From positions 38,089 through 102,088 of the forward strand of contig CAJXSK010000005.1 of the NCBI GenBank assembly GCA_913061075.1: 64,000 nucleotides of DNA, in the 5' to 3' direction. The DNA comes from an uncultured Piscirickettsiaceae bacterium (GTDB taxonomy: Bacteria; Pseudomonadota; Gammaproteobacteria; Methylococcales; Cycloclasticaceae). How positions within the stretch are numbered: position 1 is the stretch's first letter; the number at the start of each line of letters is the position of its first letter. Both the position numbers and the translations under genes were made by a program. The notes under the pieces were generated by a model. That model was not told the origin of the DNA. It saw only the letters and a list, made by a program, of their open reading frames with translations, and made no database searches. This document shows, in pieces, positions 61,298-64,000 of the stretch.

Positions 61298-62791
61298 ATG
61301 ACTACTCAAAAAAGTTTTAAGGAGAAGAACATGATGTTTTTAAAAAATACAATTAAAAAAGCGCTACCAATAGTAGCGGGCGGCTTATTGTTTCCATCGC
61401 TTGCATTGGCCCAATTGGGTGATGCAGATATGGCAAAGCTGGGTGTTAGTGGAACAGAACTAACGCCATCTGGTGCAATCCGCGCTGGAAACGCAGACGG
61501 CACTATTCCAGAGTGGAGCAGTGAGCCTATTAAAGGTGTAGCAAATGGCTATGGTGATAGTTTGGCTGATCCATTTGCAGATGAGAAGCCACTGTTTACG
61601 ATTACAGCAAAGAACTATACGGAGTATGCGGATAAGCTAACACCGGGACAAGTGGGAATGTTTAAACAGTATCCTGATACATTCCGTATGCATGTTTATC
61701 CAACTCATAGAACGGGAGCAAATGACCCTTGGGTTTACGATGCTACCTTGGCGCAAGCAAAAAATGTGAAAGTTTGTGCAGAGTATGCCAGTAAAGGTGA
61801 AATTTGTTTAGATGATGATATTCCTGGTGGCGGTATTCCTTTCCCAATTCCTAAAACGGGGGAAGAGGCGGCTTGGAACCATTATTTATCATTTAGAGGT
61901 GTATCAAGCGAGGCTATGGTTAATGGTGCGTTGATTGATTCTAATGGTGGCCGTACAGACGTTGTTATGCATCAACGCCAAACATGGAACTGGTGGGCAA
62001 AGGATGGTGGAAAGTTAAGAAGCACTGAATGGTATAAGCGTGATGGTGGCGCTACGTTGTGTGACTCATGGCAAATCAAAAAACCACCGCGCTCTTCAGG
62101 TTTAGTGTTTGGTGGCTGTAACTTTGTTGATAACTATGACTTCCAAGTGTATTTATATATACCTGGACAGCGTCGTGTTCGTAAAGCGCCTGAAATTGGG
62201 TTTCATGACAGCCCATCGTTTGGTTCTGATGGCCAACGTACGGTAGCAAGTCGCTGGATGCATTGGTTTGGTGGCTCAATACCTCGACACGATTATGCAG
62301 CGCCAGTTAGAAAAGAACTATTTGTTCCTTATAACAATTACAAATTAGCGGATAAAGACATTAGTTTTGATGATATTTTTGGCAAAGAGCATGTTAATCA
62401 AGATTTAGTACGTTATGAGTTACACCGTGTATGGGTGCTTGATACAACGTTAAAACCAGGGCAACGTCACCTTTATAAGCGCCACACGGCTTATTTTGAC
62501 GAAGATACTTGGATTGGATTGGCGTATGAAGCTTACGATGCTAAAGACCGTTTATGGCGCGTAGGTGAGCAATACAACACGTTCTTTTATGGCCCGAATG
62601 TGACTAGAGCGTTAGGTGATGTGCAAATTGATTTGATCAATGGTCGATATACAACATTCCCTAACTGGCAGTTCCAAGCCGGTAAAGAAATGGGCTTCGG
62701 CGGACCTAAAATTGTTTCCAATGAAGATGACATTGGTTACAACATCGATATCTTTACGCCTCAGGGCCTTAGGAAGTTTGGTCGTAGATAA
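61298..62791 (+). CDS. DUF1329-family periplasmic protein (LolA-like, 'outer membrane lipoprotein-sorting' annotation class)
   Basis: Signal peptide (LPIVAGGLLFPSLALAQ), about 450 aa mature, with W/Y-rich conserved blocks (YELHRVWVLD, YFDEDTW). The start may be the MMFLKN Mets at 61331/61334. Confidence 0.65.
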   Translation: MTTQKSFKEKNMMFLKNTIKKALPIVAGGLLFPSLALAQLGDADMAKLGVSGTELTPSGAIRAGNADGTIPEWSSEPIKGVANGYGDSLADPFADEKPLFTITAKNYTEYADKLTPGQVGMFKQYPDTFRMHVYPTHRTGANDPWVYDATLAQAKNVKVCAEYASKGEICLDDDIPGGGIPFPIPKTGEEAAWNHYLSFRGVSSEAMVNGALIDSNGGRTDVVMHQRQTWNWWAKDGGKLRSTEWYKRDGGATLCDSWQIKKPPRSSGLVFGGCNFVDNYDFQVYLYIPGQRRVRKAPEIGFHDSPSFGSDGQRTVASRWMHWFGGSIPRHDYAAPVRKELFVPYNNYKLADKDISFDDIFGKEHVNQDLVRYELHRVWVLDTTLKPGQRHLYKRHTAYFDEDTWIGLAYEAYDAKDRLWRVGEQYNTFFYGPNVTRALGDVQIDLINGRYTTFPNWQFQAGKEMGFGGPKIVSNEDDIGYNIDIFTPQGLRKFGRR

Positions 62792-62820
62792 ACGTATCAG
62801 TTGTTAAGCAGAAATTAAGG

Positions 62821-62855
62821 AACCAGGGCATTGTTTTATAGCCCTGGTTTTTTTA
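62821..62855 (+). terminator. Rho-independent terminator or attenuator between DUF1329 and the BNR-propeller gene
   Basis: AACCAGGGC / GCCCTGGTT perfect 9-bp stem with an 11-nt loop, followed by a T-run. It ends about 20 nt before the next ATG. Confidence 0.7.
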
Positions 62856-62876
62856 GCGTTTTTATTGGGGAATAAT

Positions 62877-63836
62877 ATGTTTAAAAAGATATTTTGGTGT
62901 TTAGTAATCGTCACGTTTAGTGCGCAGGCAGAAGTAGTTCCACGCCCAGCATTAACGATGCCACTGTCAGCCAAAGCGGTGTTTATGGACCTTGCGGTAC
63001 ATAACAAAAAAACATTTGCTGTAGGCGAGAGGGGTATTATTCTCAATTCAACTGACGGCGGCGAGACATGGGAACAAACGCCTTCACCGGTCGATGTTAC
63101 TTTAACAAATATCGACTTTACACCATCAGGTGAAGGTTGGATTGTTGGTCATGAAGCGACGATTCTGAATTCTTCAGACAATGGAAAATCGTGGAAAATA
63201 TTAAGGTATAAACCTGAAGACGAACGTTTTTATTTAGCGGTAAATTTCTTTTCGGATCAAGAAGGCTATGTTCTTGGAACAGATGGCGAGCTTTGGAAAA
63301 CAGAGGATGGTGGTGCGAATTGGTTCTTGACGCTTTTAGCGGTTGAAGACTGGTACCAAAATCATCTATTTGGCGTGGCTAACGCTAAGAATTCATCATT
63401 GGTTGTTGCAGAGAGGGGGGGCGTATTTAGTCTCAAGGGTGAGCAGGATAAGTGGCAGGCTGTGCCCTCACCTTATGAGGGCTCTTATTTTGGCGTTGTA
63501 ACACTGAATAATAATTTTCTTGTTTATGGCATGAGTGGACAGGTTTTTCTCATTAATGCAGAATCATTAGAGTGGAAAAAAATTGATACGCAAACGGATC
63601 AGTTTTTGCTGGATGCAACACTATCTGAAGATGGGCAAACAGCAGTTATTGTTGGTAGAGGTGGTATTGTATTAATAATCGATGGTGAAGGGGCGTTAGT
63701 AAACAAAATAGAACGAAAAAGTCGCGTAGATTATACGGCGGTAGCGATTCAAGGTGGCCAGATGTATTTAGCATCAATGTCAGGCGGCGTGGAAAATATT
63801 CCACTGGCATCATTTATGAATAAGGCGGGTAAATAG
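62877..63836 (+). CDS. BNR/Asp-box beta-propeller protein (Ycf48/photosystem-II-stability-factor-like fold)
   Basis: Signal peptide (FWCLVIVTFSAQA) and repeated Asp-boxes STDGGETW, SSDNGKSW and TEDGGANW. ATG 62877 is preferred over TTG 62865. Confidence 0.7.
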   Translation: MFKKIFWCLVIVTFSAQAEVVPRPALTMPLSAKAVFMDLAVHNKKTFAVGERGIILNSTDGGETWEQTPSPVDVTLTNIDFTPSGEGWIVGHEATILNSSDNGKSWKILRYKPEDERFYLAVNFFSDQEGYVLGTDGELWKTEDGGANWFLTLLAVEDWYQNHLFGVANAKNSSLVVAERGGVFSLKGEQDKWQAVPSPYEGSYFGVVTLNNNFLVYGMSGQVFLINAESLEWKKIDTQTDQFLLDATLSEDGQTAVIVGRGGIVLIIDGEGALVNKIERKSRVDYTAVAIQGGQMYLASMSGGVENIPLASFMNKAGK

Positions 63837-63838
63837 CA

Positions 63839-64000
63839 ATGGTTCTCAAACATGATTCTAATCTAGTCCATACCATTTCTGACAGCCTGGCTAATGGCCT
63901 GTTAAAACACCGAGTTGTGATTTTAGTGTTGTCATTAGTAACGACACTTTTTTTAGGATATGAGGGGCTTAATCAACGCCTATCTCCAGGATTCGATAAA
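63839..64000 (+). CDS. RND-superfamily (MMPL/HpnN-like, COG1033-type) transporter, N-terminal fragment (continues beyond the window)
   Basis: My translation from ATG 63839 is MVLKHDSNLVHTISDSLANGLLKHRVVILVLSLVTTLFLGYEGLNQRLSPGFDK. This has the short cytoplasmic N-terminus, then TM1, then the start of a periplasmic loop, as in this transporter class. It begins 2 nt after the upstream stop. The fragment is short, so this is tentative. Confidence 0.5.
   Translation, partial: MVLKHDSNLVHTISDSLANGLLKHRVVILVLSLVTTLFLGYEGLNQRLSPGFDK

Noticed and set aside
59153-64000. The possibility that tRNA-Phe marks a genomic island carrying the DUF1302 cassette.
   Set aside because: There is no integrase, no visible direct repeat of the tRNA 3' end downstream within the window, and no obvious compositional break by eye. 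The island hypothesis is therefore unsupported here, although the far boundary lies outside the window.

Overview
This window reads as core chromosome from a moderately AT-rich gammaproteobacterium. From memory, the gene order parallels Pseudomonas/Oceanospirillales-type genomes. Order: ntrB(partial)-ntrC; class-1B-type pyrD; trmL; the gpsA-secB-rhodanese-ArsR block divergent from gpmI-envC-ctpA-yibQ; cysI-DUF934; metX-metW-DUF4426; ampG; xthA; rpmE; an M48 protease; gltA; mrcA divergent from pilMNOPQ-aroK-aroB-(DamX-like)-gltBD-hemE; a minus-strand minor-pilin operon fimU-pilV-pilW-pilX-pilY1-(pilY2-position ORF)-pilE; pilU-pilT divergent from yggS-proC-yggT; a lone dynamin-like GTPase; DAHP synthase-thiS::thiG-trmB; an HDOD protein; asmA; mutY-yggX; tRNA-Phe; then a DUF1302-DUF1329-BNR propeller-RND cassette running off the 3' edge. 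I saw no transposase, integrase, CRISPR array, rRNA or obvious prophage or defense island. The observations most worth a second look are: (1) the DUF1302/DUF1329/beta-propeller/RND four-gene envelope cassette downstream of tRNA-Phe, preceded by a long AT-rich leader carrying a G9 homopolymer; (2) an in-frame ThiS-ThiG fusion that buries the ThiS Gly-Gly C-terminus; (3) a singleton bacterial dynamin-like GTPase at what appears to be a synteny breakpoint; (4) pilW split by a frameshift inside an otherwise intact minor-pilin operon, plus an unrecognisable secreted ORF in the pilY2 position; (5) two genes (yibQ, mutY) whose conserved N-termini are encoded upstream of any ATG/GTG/TTG. All family calls come from reading motifs in the provided translations. 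No database search was run.
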